Of a stretch of 64,000 bases of DNA, positions 33,503 through 44,487 are shown one piece after another (position 1 is the stretch's first letter; the number at the start of each line of letters is the position of its first letter). The notes below the pieces were generated by a model. That model worked only from the letters and a program-made list of their open reading frames with translations, made no database searches and was not told the origin of the DNA. This stretch comes from Corallochytrium limacisporum Hawaii (taxonomy: Eukaryota; Protista; Pluriformea): contig PDIP01000034.1 in NCBI GenBank assembly GCA_002811645.1, forward strand, positions 62,001 to 126,000. Direction: 5' to 3'. Made by a program: the position numbers and the translations under genes.

Positions 33503-34277
33503 NNNNNNNNNNNNNNNNNNNNNNNNNNNNNNNNNNNNNNNNNNNNNNNNNNNNNNNNNNNNNNNNNNNNNNNNNNNNNNNNNNNNNNNNNNNNNNNNNN
33601 NNNNNNNNNNNNNNNNNNNNNNNNNNNNNNNNNNNNNNNNNNNNNNNNNNNNNNNNNNNNNNNNNNNNNNNNNNNNNNNNNNNNNNNNNNNNNNNNNNNN
33701 NNNNNNNNNNNNNNNNNNNNNNNNNNNNNNNNNNNNNNNNNNNNNNNNNNNNNNNNNNNNNNNNNNNNNNNNNNNNNNNNNNNNNNNNNNNNNNNNNNNN
33801 NNNNNNNNNNNNNNNNNNNNNNNNNNNNNNNNNNNNNNNNNNNNNNNNNNNNNNNNNNNNNNNNNNNNNNNNNNNNNNNNNNNNNNNNNNNNNNNNNNNN
33901 NNNNNNNNNNNNNNNNNNNNNNNNNNNNNNNNNNNNNNNNNNNNNNNNNNNNNNNNNNNNNNNNNNNNNNNNNNNNNNNNNNNNNNNNNNNNNNNNNNNN
34001 NNNNNNNNNNNNNNNNNNNNNNNNNNNNNNNNNNNNNNNNNNNNNNNNNNNNNNNNNNNNNNNNNNNNNNNNNNNNNNNNNNNNNNNNNNNNNNNNNNNN
34101 NNNNNNNNNNNNNNNNNNNNNNNNNNNNNNNNNNNNNNNNNNNNNNNNNNNNNNNNNNNNNNNNNNNNNNNNNNNNNNNNNNNNNNNNNNNNNNNNNNNN
34201 NNNNNNNNNNNNNNNNNNNNNNNNNNNNNNNNNNNNNNNNNNNNNNNNNNNNNNNNNNNNNNNNNNNNNNNNNNNNN
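33503..34277. other. Assembly gap (N run)
   Basis: Continuous Ns. Confidence 1.
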
Positions 34278-34444
34278 GCTGGTAAGAAGCGGACAGGAAG
34301 GCGGCGGAAGGAAATATCTTTGACACCGTTGAAGAGCAATGGTACTCCACATTCAGTTCGAGAAGCTGTCCGTATTCTGACGGAGCACAATCAGAGGATC
34401 GGCGGACCGTGCGTTACAAAGGATGACATCCAAAGATTGAAGGC

Positions 34445-34532
34445 AAGGGGAACCCTGGATGTGGTCAAGCAAAGGGGAACCCTGGATGTGGTCAAGCAAA
34501 GGGAACCCTGGATGTGGTCAAGCAAAGGGAAC
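34445..34532 (+). repeat. 27-bp minisatellite, about 3.3 copies (AAGGGGAACCCTGGATGTGGTCAAGCA)
   Basis: Directly visible; the third copy lacks one G. Confidence 0.95.
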
Positions 34533-35734
34533 GTCCTCACTTAGATAGGCACAGAAATGAAGCTGCGGATGCTTGATACGAATAGTGCAGGTGCCATAGA
34601 TGGGGGGAGGGCACCCAATTCGTCGGATACGAGTAATTCACCAAATGATACCATTCGACAAGATGGGCAAGAAATGCCATCAAACAATGTTTCTTCGCCA
34701 TCAAACCCGACATGGATGTATTTTAGACATTGTTTTTCTTCATGGTAGTGATGGATGTGGACAAAAAAATTTTTCGACGACTACGAGATCTTCGATGTCA
34801 AGTTAATGTGAAAAGGCTCAATTTTTTGAAGTACACTTAAGTGTTTATTCAATCCGTAAACGAAATATTTGAAATTGATTTGGTGTATAATGATATTTAA
34901 TAATAATGATAATAATCAAAATATATATTACTCAATCATGATTAAAAAGAGTGATCGGGGTTCTCGTTTTCGTGCGATTTGTCTCATACTTAGGAGACAG
35001 AGGGTGGTACGAAACAAGTGCTTTCAGTCCAGTGTAAGGATATTCTTAGTTTTTGAAACCCGGTCGAGCCACCCCATACGACAACAAAAGCCGCTTCCGC
35101 GCTGGTCAGGGTTGGGAGGTGGGGGTGCCAAGTCAAAGAGCCTCCAACAAAGGAAGCGCAATGACCTGGTCACTTTATATACGGTCAGTTTCGTTGGCGC
35201 GGCATTGACGTCTGCGGCAAGTTGACCAATTCCTCCTTACAACCGGCTGGGGCTAGGCATGTTGCGGTATCGGATTTCGGATATTTCCCGTATGTATAAA
35301 AACAGCGGTTTTCGCAGATCCATTTCAGTTTTGACCCGTATACCCTACGGTTCCCACTACCACGGGTAGAATTGAACAATCGCGTGTCCTTGCGAATTAA
35401 GGGACGGGGCATAACTGAGACATTCCTCAGTTGATTTACTTATATTAGTTTCAATGGGGAACAGCTCCGTAGATTGCGCAAAGATGTTCCCCCCTCTCCC
35501 TCCTTCTCCAACAGCCGGTATTGCCGCGGGACAGCCAACTGTGACGCGTCGGACACCCCACATACAACTCTGACGCGGCGGGGGGTATCATTTTTGGTCT
35601 GCGAAGGGAACATTTTCTATAGAAATTATGTGTAAAATCTTAAAATTGAAGAGTTGGGGATTGCGCACGGGACCAGTAATCATCCAACAGGACCGTTCAA
35701 GTGCTACGGCCTTCATCCTTAGCGGGGATTTTAG

Positions 35735-35870
35735 GTACACGCATGCAATTCTTACTGTTTGTATTTTGTACTTTTGGGGTATTTAGTTGTGTACTACCAT
35801 ACATTTTTGAGCGTATAAGCTCTGAATCACTACCATACTTGTGTTGTTCATAGACTAACAAAACATCCAG
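35735..35870 (+). other. Candidate 5'-UTR intron of the desaturase-like gene
   Basis: TAG|GTACAC donor (uncertain), consensus GACTAAC branch at 35853-35859, CCAG acceptor ending 1 nt before the ATG. Confidence 0.6.
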
Positions 35871-35871
35871 C

Positions 35872-37239
35872 ATGGGTTTGACCGGTAATTGGACCAATGC
35901 CCTCCAGTGGTCTCCTGCCACGGCCAACAAAGAAAAGTTTAATGATGATAGTCAAATCAAACCTCACCTGTGGATGATCCATGGCAAACTTTATGACCTT
36001 TCAGACTTTGTGAACCGCCACCCTGGCGGGAGGGATTGGCTCCTGATCACCCAAGGCACGGACTGTACCGAAGCCTTTGAATCTCATCACTTGGACATAA
36101 AGAAAGTTCGCCTCATGCTCAAGCAGTATGAAGTCACAGAAGATAGTGCTGAACTCAAAGCGAAGATTGCCGGCAAAAATGAATTGCTACATAAGTCCAA
36201 AGAGGACACAATCGGTAAGCACGAGTCCATCCATAACTCTGACTTTGTTGGAGACCGTTTCACCTTCAATGAAGGTGAGTTCTATGCCACTGTCAGAGAG
36301 CGCGTGTACCGGATCCTCAAGAGAGAGAATGCTTTCGGTCCGAGTATGGCTATGAAGTTTTACGCCCTGGGCTTCACCCTGTGTTTCTGGGCAACGATGA
36401 TTGCTGCTGCCGCAAAGGGGTCCATGGCCCTCAGCCTGTTTGCAGGCTTCATCCTGGTCGGAATGATGGGCATGGGCCACAATTTCTTTCATCAAAAGGA
36501 CTCTATCTTTCTTTATACCTATGATCACTCCTGCTTGAGTAGCTTTGAGTGGCGAGTCACTCACGCGTGCAGCCACCACCTCTACCCGAACACTGGCATT
36601 GACTTTGAGGTACGCGTGCTAGAACCGTTCATAGTTTTCTTCAACAATCAACCCAAAAGCATTGTGCAGTCCAAGATAGCCTTGTTCTACTTCCATTTCT
36701 TGTTCCTCCTGGGTGGTCCGCTGCAACTTATCGCTCGCATTGTCCGAATTGCCATGGGAGAGCAGCGCATGAGGTGGGAGAATCTGATCATTGCCGTAGA
36801 ATTGGCGATCTTTATGGCCCTGAGTCCTGGGGGTGCAATGGAAGGAATCTATTACTTCCTTGTTATGCACTGTTTTGCCATATACTGGTTCATTAGTGTT
36901 GGTGTTGTTGTCCACCACCATACCATAGCTTGGCATTGTCACGACGGTGAGGAGACGCGTCTAGCAGGCACTCGTGACTTTGGCGCTCACCAGGTGCGTG
37001 CTACCTGCGACCATTCCACGGATGTGTCCGTGGTCCCCGCAATGTTATTGTATGCTGGCTTGAATAAGCATCTGATCCATCATCTGTTTCCGACTATTGA
37101 CCATTCGCGTTTCGATCTTGTGCATAACGAGGTGCTGAAGACAGTGCGCGAGTTCGGGTTGCGCTACAACCACGCGACTTTTTTGGAGGCTTACATTGGA
37201 ACTCTGAAGCTTATACAGACTGAAGGAGTGGTTGCCTAA
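35872..37239 (+). CDS. Cytochrome b5-fused fatty-acid-desaturase-like protein (Cyt-b5-related family)
   Basis: HPGG heme motif, TEAFESHH, His boxes HNFFH, HACSHH and HLIHHLFP, and TM segments. Confidence 0.9.
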   Translation: MGLTGNWTNALQWSPATANKEKFNDDSQIKPHLWMIHGKLYDLSDFVNRHPGGRDWLLITQGTDCTEAFESHHLDIKKVRLMLKQYEVTEDSAELKAKIAGKNELLHKSKEDTIGKHESIHNSDFVGDRFTFNEGEFYATVRERVYRILKRENAFGPSMAMKFYALGFTLCFWATMIAAAAKGSMALSLFAGFILVGMMGMGHNFFHQKDSIFLYTYDHSCLSSFEWRVTHACSHHLYPNTGIDFEVRVLEPFIVFFNNQPKSIVQSKIALFYFHFLFLLGGPLQLIARIVRIAMGEQRMRWENLIIAVELAIFMALSPGGAMEGIYYFLVMHCFAIYWFISVGVVVHHHTIAWHCHDGEETRLAGTRDFGAHQVRATCDHSTDVSVVPAMLLYAGLNKHLIHHLFPTIDHSRFDLVHNEVLKTVREFGLRYNHATFLEAYIGTLKLIQTEGVVA

Positions 37240-37985
37240 CAAGACCCTAGTCTGTGTAAACACTGAAACAGAATTCCACTTATTGAAGTCATTTTCGTCC
37301 CATCGTCCATGTTTGCGATCATGTAGCCCCCTAGTTCAACAACCCTCGAAGAATACATCAAGATCATCTCCACATATCACCATGAAGGAACAAGGAGTAG
37401 TTCATTAAATTCTTGTACCTCAATAAACAGTCTGACCAACTGGCCGCATGTTGTATATCCATGTAGTGACTATATGTCAGCTCATAAGTGGATCCGTCAG
37501 CATAGATCCTGAAGGCAGGGCCTGTGGAAGCTGGGTGGTGGTGGGAAACCATCACCAAAGCTCAGACTGCTGATTCGGATATCGGGGTCCTTTTTTAACC
37601 TCCGCCCCAAACCGGTCCCGCCAAAACGGGGAAAGAGCGAGGGCTGAAATTTCATCTAGGGGCGGGTCTCGGTGAGGAGGGGATTTTTCATGGGAGCTGG
37701 TGTGGGTGCTCACCGGCCGCCTTTCACGCCACCCGGATTGCATTTGGGAGACTCTTCGCGAGAATTTCGGATATTATGTGACAATGATCATTTTGCACGC
37801 CCTACGTATTTGAATAAGACGTCCAATGTATATTTCACCAATTTGGAAATATGTTACCAACAAGAAATCGGAAATGCGAAATGCTTCTAGAACAAGTTTG
37901 AATTCGAAGTCCAAGTCGACTCATATAACAATGTAGTTGCTTTGGGAACTGTGTTTTGCTTTGATCTCCGAATTTTCAGAACACT

Positions 37986-38079
37986 GTAAGTTGGAAGTCC
38001 AAGAAAAAAAAATTGGAAAACAGGGGTAGGGTTTGATCACTTCCTGAACAGTATAGCAAGCGTTTGTACCACATTACAG
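37986..38079 (+). other. Candidate 5'-UTR intron of BRF1
   Basis: GTAAGT donor at 37986; acceptors AACAG (38051) or TTACAG (38079), the latter 9 nt before the ATG. Confidence 0.6.
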
Positions 38080-38088
38080 ACTGACACC

Positions 38089-40722
38089 ATGGTGCAAAAA
38101 TGTACAAGTTGTGGCTCCACAAACATTGTGTTGGAACAGGGTGGCCATACTTGTGCCGACTGTGGTACCGTACTGGATCCGCACCACATTGTATCAGAGC
38201 TCACCTTCCAAGAAACAGGCCAGGGCGGCACAGAAGTGATCGGTCAGTATGTCAGTGCCGAAGGTTCTAAGAGTCTCAGCGTGAGACCAGGTATGCACGC
38301 AAGCTTCAGCCGTGACTCCCGAGAAATCACTCACCGTAATGGTCTGCGCGAGATCAAAGAACTGGCATCGAAACTGAAAATGAGCAATCATCACGTAGAT
38401 GCCGCGTACCGTTATTTCCGACTGGCACTGCAGCACAATTTTGTCCAAGGGCGAAAAACCCGGGTTGTAGTGGCCGCATGTCTGTACATGATTTGCCGCA
38501 AAGAACGCACTCCGCACATGCTTTTGGATTTCGCTGATTTATTGCAAGTTAACGTTTACGTTCTTGGTGCGGTGTACCTAAAGATTTGCCGAGTTCTCCA
38601 TGTGCGACTGCCGGCCGTGGATCCATCCCTGTACCTGCATCGCTATGCACATCGTTTGGAGTTTGGTTCGCTGATGGAAGACGTGGTCAAGACTGCCCTC
38701 AAACTAATCAGTCGCATGCGCCGAGATTGGATGCAGGTTGGACGCCGGCCGTGCGGCCTGTGTGGTGCAGCCCTGCTGATTGCGGCCCGGATTCACGGCT
38801 TCAACCGTACCCAGCGGCAAATAATTAATGTCGTGCGCATCTGCGACATCACTCTGCGCAAGCGGTTAGAGGAGTTTGAAGACACACCAAGTGCTAATTT
38901 AACACCGATTGAATTCGACACCATTGATCTGGAGGAAGAGGCGGACCCACCTTCGTTCACAGCGGCACGTCGGCAACTTAAGGCCAAGCACGCCGCCCTC
39001 GAGGCCTTTTCTGCACTCGATGAAGATTCCATCAGTCACGGTTTGGCCGAGACGAATGCCGCGTCCATGGGTGCCGTAGCGGAGGAGTCAGAAATTGCCG
39101 CAGAAATGTCGAGCGCACTGCAAGGCGGTGACTCAGTACTGTCCGCGGAGGCGCGGAGGCTGGGGCTAAAGGCGACAGTGACTGCTGATGGAGAAGAGGC
39201 AGGGACAACAGCGTCTTTGCGTGGACATGGCGGACGGACGCGCCGGCGAACTCGCAGTCGGAACTCCGAGTCAAGCACAGGCGGTGCGAGCAGCACGGAC
39301 GGTGGCGCGAGTGCGAGTGAAGGAGCTGGAGGATCTGCAACTGGAGGTACTGGTACAGTTACAGTTCCGCAGGAACGTATTGTATTTGTCAATAGTGATG
39401 GTGAAGAATTCACGGACGTTTCCGACGACGACTCTGAGGTCAATGCCAATATGCTCACCGAAGCCGAACAGCGTCTGAAAGAGCAGATTTGGACGGAAAT
39501 GAACAGAGACTATCTCCAGGCGCAGGCCGAGAAGCGGGCCCGAGAGATTACCAAAGGCGACAGTAATGCCACAGGTGGGCAGGTGGCGGCTGCGCCCCGA
39601 TCCTCAGTGAGGGCCGCATTGGAGGAATCGACAGCCCAGGCACCTCTGCTCAAGGCGGCTACGCGGCGCGCGGTGCCAACTATTTCGTCTACGGGGGGGA
39701 GCACCAAGCCAGGGGGTCGCGCCGCTGTGTCTGCGCTTCCGGCTTCATCGTCGAAGCGCCGGGCCGCGGCAACAAACGTATCGAAGCGCAAAGACAACAG
39801 CACTACAGGAAGCGGTGCTGGTGGCGTTGGCACTGGAACGGAAAGTGGTCCCGCGATTGCTGTGGCCTCTGGTACTGATCATGGCGGTGAAGAAGAAGCC
39901 ATCGACGACACAGCCGGCGGTGACGAAGCCGCCCACATTGCTTCAGCTCTGTCCTCCCAACGTCTGTCGAAGAAAATCAATTACGAGGTTCTGCGCGGAC
40001 TGCGAACAACCATTCCCGCCAATGCACGAGGACGCTCGTACGCCACTATAGTGGACGACACCGAGGGTACGGGTGGTGACGTCGACGACCACATGGAGGA
40101 GGGCACGGAAGATGGTTCTTCGTCAAAGTACGGCAATACGAGACGGCGGCGGACTCGGTCGCGGACGCTGTCGCAATCGCTCGATGTCGCCGGCGGTTCT
40201 GCTGTCGCACGTAAACGGCGTCTATCTTCTCGGACCTCTGAGTCCATCCGCGAAGAACCGCGGACGGCTACAGCCATTGAAGATGATGCCGAAGAAGTCA
40301 AGCGGCCTCGCCGCGCCATGCGCTCATTGGGCGCTGGTGGACCCGTCTCAGCAAAACTCGGAGGTCCTGTTGTCTCTGGGCGGCGCATTGGTCAGCCAAA
40401 CCAACCTCTGCGAAGCCGGCGGCTGGCTGCTGCGGCGTCGGAGCGACAGACGAAGCGGGAGCCCAGCCCGGAGAAAAAGCCATTGACAGCCTCGCCGGGC
40501 GCAAGCCCTCGCCGCATTTCCACACCGCGGGCGGTGAAAAGGCCCACCAGAGGCCGCACAACGCGGGCCGCTGCATCGACTGCCGCATCAGACCAGCCAG
40601 CGAAGCACACTGACGCCAGTCCCGCCGCGGAGAATGAAGACGCGAACGACGATGAACAGGCAGCTGCGGAGCAGCTCGGATACGTCTCCAACTATTATGG
40701 ATCGTTTACTGGAGACGACTAA
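38089..40722 (+). CDS. BRF1: TFIIIB 90 kDa subunit BRF1
   Basis: Zinc ribbon CTSC...CADCG, cyclin repeats (AACLY, DPSLYL, GRRPCGLCGAALLIAAR), EEADPPSF, IWTEMNRDYL and SKKINYEVL. Confidence 0.95.
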   Translation: MVQKCTSCGSTNIVLEQGGHTCADCGTVLDPHHIVSELTFQETGQGGTEVIGQYVSAEGSKSLSVRPGMHASFSRDSREITHRNGLREIKELASKLKMSNHHVDAAYRYFRLALQHNFVQGRKTRVVVAACLYMICRKERTPHMLLDFADLLQVNVYVLGAVYLKICRVLHVRLPAVDPSLYLHRYAHRLEFGSLMEDVVKTALKLISRMRRDWMQVGRRPCGLCGAALLIAARIHGFNRTQRQIINVVRICDITLRKRLEEFEDTPSANLTPIEFDTIDLEEEADPPSFTAARRQLKAKHAALEAFSALDEDSISHGLAETNAASMGAVAEESEIAAEMSSALQGGDSVLSAEARRLGLKATVTADGEEAGTTASLRGHGGRTRRRTRSRNSESSTGGASSTDGGASASEGAGGSATGGTGTVTVPQERIVFVNSDGEEFTDVSDDDSEVNANMLTEAEQRLKEQIWTEMNRDYLQAQAEKRAREITKGDSNATGGQVAAAPRSSVRAALEESTAQAPLLKAATRRAVPTISSTGGSTKPGGRAAVSALPASSSKRRAAATNVSKRKDNSTTGSGAGGVGTGTESGPAIAVASGTDHGGEEEAIDDTAGGDEAAHIASALSSQRLSKKINYEVLRGLRTTIPANARGRSYATIVDDTEGTGGDVDDHMEEGTEDGSSSKYGNTRRRRTRSRTLSQSLDVAGGSAVARKRRLSSRTSESIREEPRTATAIEDDAEEVKRPRRAMRSLGAGGPVSAKLGGPVVSGRRIGQPNQPLRSRRLAAAASERQTKREPSPEKKPLTASPGASPRRISTPRAVKRPTRGRTTRAAASTAASDQPAKHTDASPAAENEDANDDEQAAAEQLGYVSNYYGSFTGDD

Positions 40723-40997
40723 TGATAAACGAAGTAGCAATGTGAGACCTTCTATGAATTGCACGAACCAAGGCTTGGTCCGAGTCAGGCTTTCAACCAT
40801 GATCGAAAACGATGATATTGAGCACATGTGCTGTTGTTGTGTAACCTCATCAGATCGCTCCACTCTCATGCTCTCATATGGTGGCCTTCTCTGGGGTAGC
40901 TGATAACGATATCTATGTTCAAGTACTCTTTAATAGGTTCTTTGACGATTCTAAGTGTACTGTGACCGTGACAGCAACAACAAACCTCTCGTTTACT

Positions 40998-42290
40998 TCA
41001 GCCCAGTTTCAAAGCTGTACCCTCACTAGTCCAGCCGTTGAAAATAAAGCAATTGTTGATGGGCTCACCTTTGTGACTGACCGCCTTGATCAGCTCCTGG
41101 CTTAACACGCCGGCCACAATGCACCCCAATATCGGTACCTGACGCGTGCTAAAGCCCACCAATGCCAGACGCGACTTCAATTCTGCTGTGGTGTGGACGG
41201 ACAGTGGTGTGGAATGGCTACTAGTGCTGGCATTGAGCCAAGCCAGAGTTTCCCCCGCAGCCTCCGTGACCGCTGCAGACAGTGCTCTCTCTGCCAAACT
41301 CCCACCGCTGGTTACAGGCAAAGTCTGTGTCTTGTCGCCAAAGGCCGTGTTCCCGAGGGCTACAACGATGCGACCAAGACAAAGCGCCAGGGCTGGCGTA
41401 CGCTTGAGCCACCGCTGCCGCTTCCGTTCCGTTTTCAGTGCTGACCAGCTTTGTGTGAGCGAACTGCCGCCATCGACAGCAAGGGCATCTCCAACGCGGC
41501 AAAATGCTGTGCGGTGTTCTGTGCGTACGGTTTCCTCAACCTCCGGTGCTTCGTTGGACTCTCTCAGAGTCGTCGCATTGGCATGACTGCTGCCAATGTC
41601 TGATTCCTCAGTCCTTGGGCGTTTCTGTCCACTTCTGGCATCACCGTCCGCTGTTTCACTGCCCAATTTCTTCTTCTCCTGTCGCTCGGTGTAGTACTCA
41701 AACTCCGGCACACCCAAGTCTGCAATAAAGAACGAGTGCATGCCAAAGTTGGCACCGACATAGAGCGCCTTCCCCAGGCTGGCACATACTGTGCCCAAGC
41801 GGCTCAGAGCCTCCGTGCCCGCCATGACCGCTGTGGGATCGAAGACAACTACAACATCGCACTCAGCAGCACGCAAAATCGCCTCAGTGGGAAGCAGACT
41901 GCCATCTGGTGGTGGTGAAGCAATGATTGAAAGCGTTACATTCGGATTCAACGGGTGCAATCTCCGTACCAACGTTTCTGCCCTCGGACTCCCAATATCA
42001 GCGCTTTCGTAGAAAAGGCAACAGCTGACCGCGGTTTCCAAATCAACGGTGCGATTGTCCATAATCTTGACAGTACCGAATCCAGCAAGGACGACATTTT
42101 TGGCTACTTCGCATGTGGTCGCATTCACTCCGGCAATGAGGACTGATCCAGACTGGATCTTCTCCTGGGCCGCGAAGCCCCAAAGGCGAATCTGTCGGTC
42201 ATAGAGTTTGGCTTGGGCATCGGAAAGACCACCAGTACTATCCTTGTCGACACAGGACTGATTATTGTACTGCATTTTTTCCATAACCAT
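40998..42290 (-). CDS. SAE1: SUMO-activating enzyme subunit 1 (Aos1)
   Basis: LYDRQIRLWG, EVAKNVVLAG, LNPNV and AGVLSQELIKAVSHKGEPINNCFIFNG. Confidence 0.88.
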   Translation of the reverse strand: MVMEKMQYNNQSCVDKDSTGGLSDAQAKLYDRQIRLWGFAAQEKIQSGSVLIAGVNATTCEVAKNVVLAGFGTVKIMDNRTVDLETAVSCCLFYESADIGSPRAETLVRRLHPLNPNVTLSIIASPPPDGSLLPTEAILRAAECDVVVVFDPTAVMAGTEALSRLGTVCASLGKALYVGANFGMHSFFIADLGVPEFEYYTERQEKKKLGSETADGDARSGQKRPRTEESDIGSSHANATTLRESNEAPEVEETVRTEHRTAFCRVGDALAVDGGSSLTQSWSALKTERKRQRWLKRTPALALCLGRIVVALGNTAFGDKTQTLPVTSGGSLAERALSAAVTEAAGETLAWLNASTSSHSTPLSVHTTAELKSRLALVGFSTRQVPILGCIVAGVLSQELIKAVSHKGEPINNCFIFNGWTSEGTALKLG

Positions 42291-42861
42291 TTTGTCTAGT
42301 GTCTGTATATGATAGTTTCTCTACTTTACAACACTGGTCGACCATGAAACCTTCCCTAATTTACGTTGATCGGTATTAGCTTCGAAAATACATCACATCT
42401 TGCTTAGTGTCGAACCGCGCCTGTGCATTGGGCTTCCATATATCGACACCGTAACCTTGCTGCTCTCTGAAGTACCGCATTCCGATCCGCAAGGTGAAAG
42501 AAGACCATCCCAGTCGAACAGTCGTTTGTGGCCAGGCATAAGGAATGGTGAAGAGGAGCGGAGAGACGTACACAGTAAATTGCCTTCAAACAAAATCATA
42601 AGTCCCCACCCCTGGGGGGGGTTCGCTCTGAACACACGGTTGGGGGAGCCCGAAAAATGGGCCCCCAAATACATTAGTCCTAGATTGGACCGGCCTCGGC
42701 TGCAATTGGCCCAAGTTTCTATTACAGGGATGTGCTTTGGTTTCTCATAGTGCGATGAAACACGATCCCCTTATGACGATAGGAACGATATATGTCTCAA
42801 GGAGGTTTCATTTCAGCTGATGATCATGCATGTCATGACGTTATTGGTACGTCTGTAGTGA

Positions 42862-43560
42862 TTACTGCGTGCTACACAGCAGTGCCACACCACGCAGGGT
42901 CCAGTAGTCTGAACTGTTGGTGCCGGTTCGCAGGTCGACATTGAATATGTAGTTGATGGCGGTTCGTGTACGATTCGTATAGACGGGACACTGGTAGAAG
43001 CGCCGGTCTTGGTAGTCGGTAGTTGAGTTTATAGCACTGACCCAGACCAATGGCAGGGGTGCAAATAGGACCTTAGGGTTCTGCTCAATGAGCTTAATGT
43101 TCTTCCTGTCCCAACCGGCACCGTCCAGGAACAAACCATGGATGTAGACACCCTCCGCCGGAGGCCTTTCAATGTCGTCTGTCATTTTCTTTTACAACTT
43201 CAGAGGTGAGCTTGACATTGTCTAGAGCCCAACCCTTGTGAGCGCGCGTAATCTCCTGGCGCACAGACGTCAGGAATCCCTGAGGATTGAAGAAACCTGT
43301 CAGCCAGAAACAAGTCGGCCGACCGCTGAATAGCCACGTGAAGAATTGCTGGTGGCGCTCGATCAGCTCTGTGAACCAAAAGCCGAGTGTGGCAGAGGGC
43401 CACGAGACCTTGAGCCAAGAAGTTGGCACCCTGGCATCGTAGAGACAATCCAATGCGTCACGCAGCTGCTCGTTCATGATGAGTACAAAGCGGCTGCGTT
43501 GCACCCTGTTTCTTGAGGGCAGCTTTGACCTCGTGTGGTTTAAAGTCATCGGTGCAGCCT
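42862..43560 (-). pseudogene. C-terminal fragment of an axonemal outer-arm dynein heavy chain (DNAH5/8, gamma type), disrupted
   Basis: Three frames piece together [21 protein letters not shown] / [52 protein letters not shown] / PPAEGVYIHGLFLDGAGWD..YWTLRGVALLC. Frameshifts near 43487 and 43190; no upstream dynein coding sequence in the window. Confidence 0.85.
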
Positions 43561-44487
43561 GCCCAAAAGGTCATCACTACCACGTAGCATCCCTCCCCCC
43601 TTCTTTTCGCCGGGCGGCTGTCATTGTGCACGAGACCCTTCGTGACTCTTAGGGTATCCAAGCCGTTCCGCATCCAACCCTCCCTGGAGGAATTTCACTT
43701 CCGCCTACCTAGGGTGAAGGGAGGTGAGGGGAGGGGGGCCTTCTCGGATCGATGGATAGCCTGCCCCTCATTGGAGAGCACACAGCCCCGGGACAAAAAA
43801 ATAGTACTCCCTCTTCGTCAACTTTCTCCGCAGGTCTCCGGTACTTTAACTATTGGGAGACAGGTATCAACGAGTTGGTGGCCTAGCGCCTGCAATTGCT
43901 GGCAGCTCATGCTGTGCGCGGCAACCGACTCGGGATGGTGAGGTGGCACTGCTGTTATCCTCTGCCCATTGTGCATCCTTCTGGCCACTCTACCATACTG
44001 GACCATCCCTGATAGGCCACAGCGCAACAAAAGGAATCAGTCCAAACTGCTATTCTTATTAGCGTTAGTAGACGGCAGGACGAACAAGCGCAGCTGATCC
44101 CCTAAACCCGTGTTCATGGCTAATTTGGATTTAATGTCTATCTACCTAGCGGGGGCGAGAACAAAATGAACACAGTCGGACTCCCTGTTTCAGCCCGGGT
44201 CTCAAAGAGCCGGGGGAAAGGGCGTAAAGGAAAGTAATTGTGAAGACCTCTCGCGTGGTGAGACTCTTGGATCGTCACCGAAAAGGTTTTTCAGGAAAGG
44301 TCCACGGCGCTTTGAATATGCAGTTTGGTTTTGAACATACCCGTTATTGACAGAAACGGAGAGGTAGCGACGACTTTGCTTTCTGTGCACCATGTCTGCG
44401 CCGAGAACGAACACTCAGACTGCGATCTACACCGTACCGCTGCGGAACTTGGGCTTCCAGATCACTGATCGCAAGCGACATGGACTG

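Noticed and set aside
34445-34532. Short direct repeats as a possible CRISPR array
   Set aside because: The repeats are contiguous with no spacers, there are no cas genes, and the context is eukaryotic.
33419-34544. Long ORFs of 286-357 aa in the ORF track
   Set aside because: They are artefacts of translating through the N gap.
43170-43500. Programmed frameshifting or tiny introns rescuing the dynein fragment
   Set aside because: Conserved sequence is missing rather than added, no GT-AG pair repairs the breaks, and the upstream ~12 kb of dynein coding sequence is absent.
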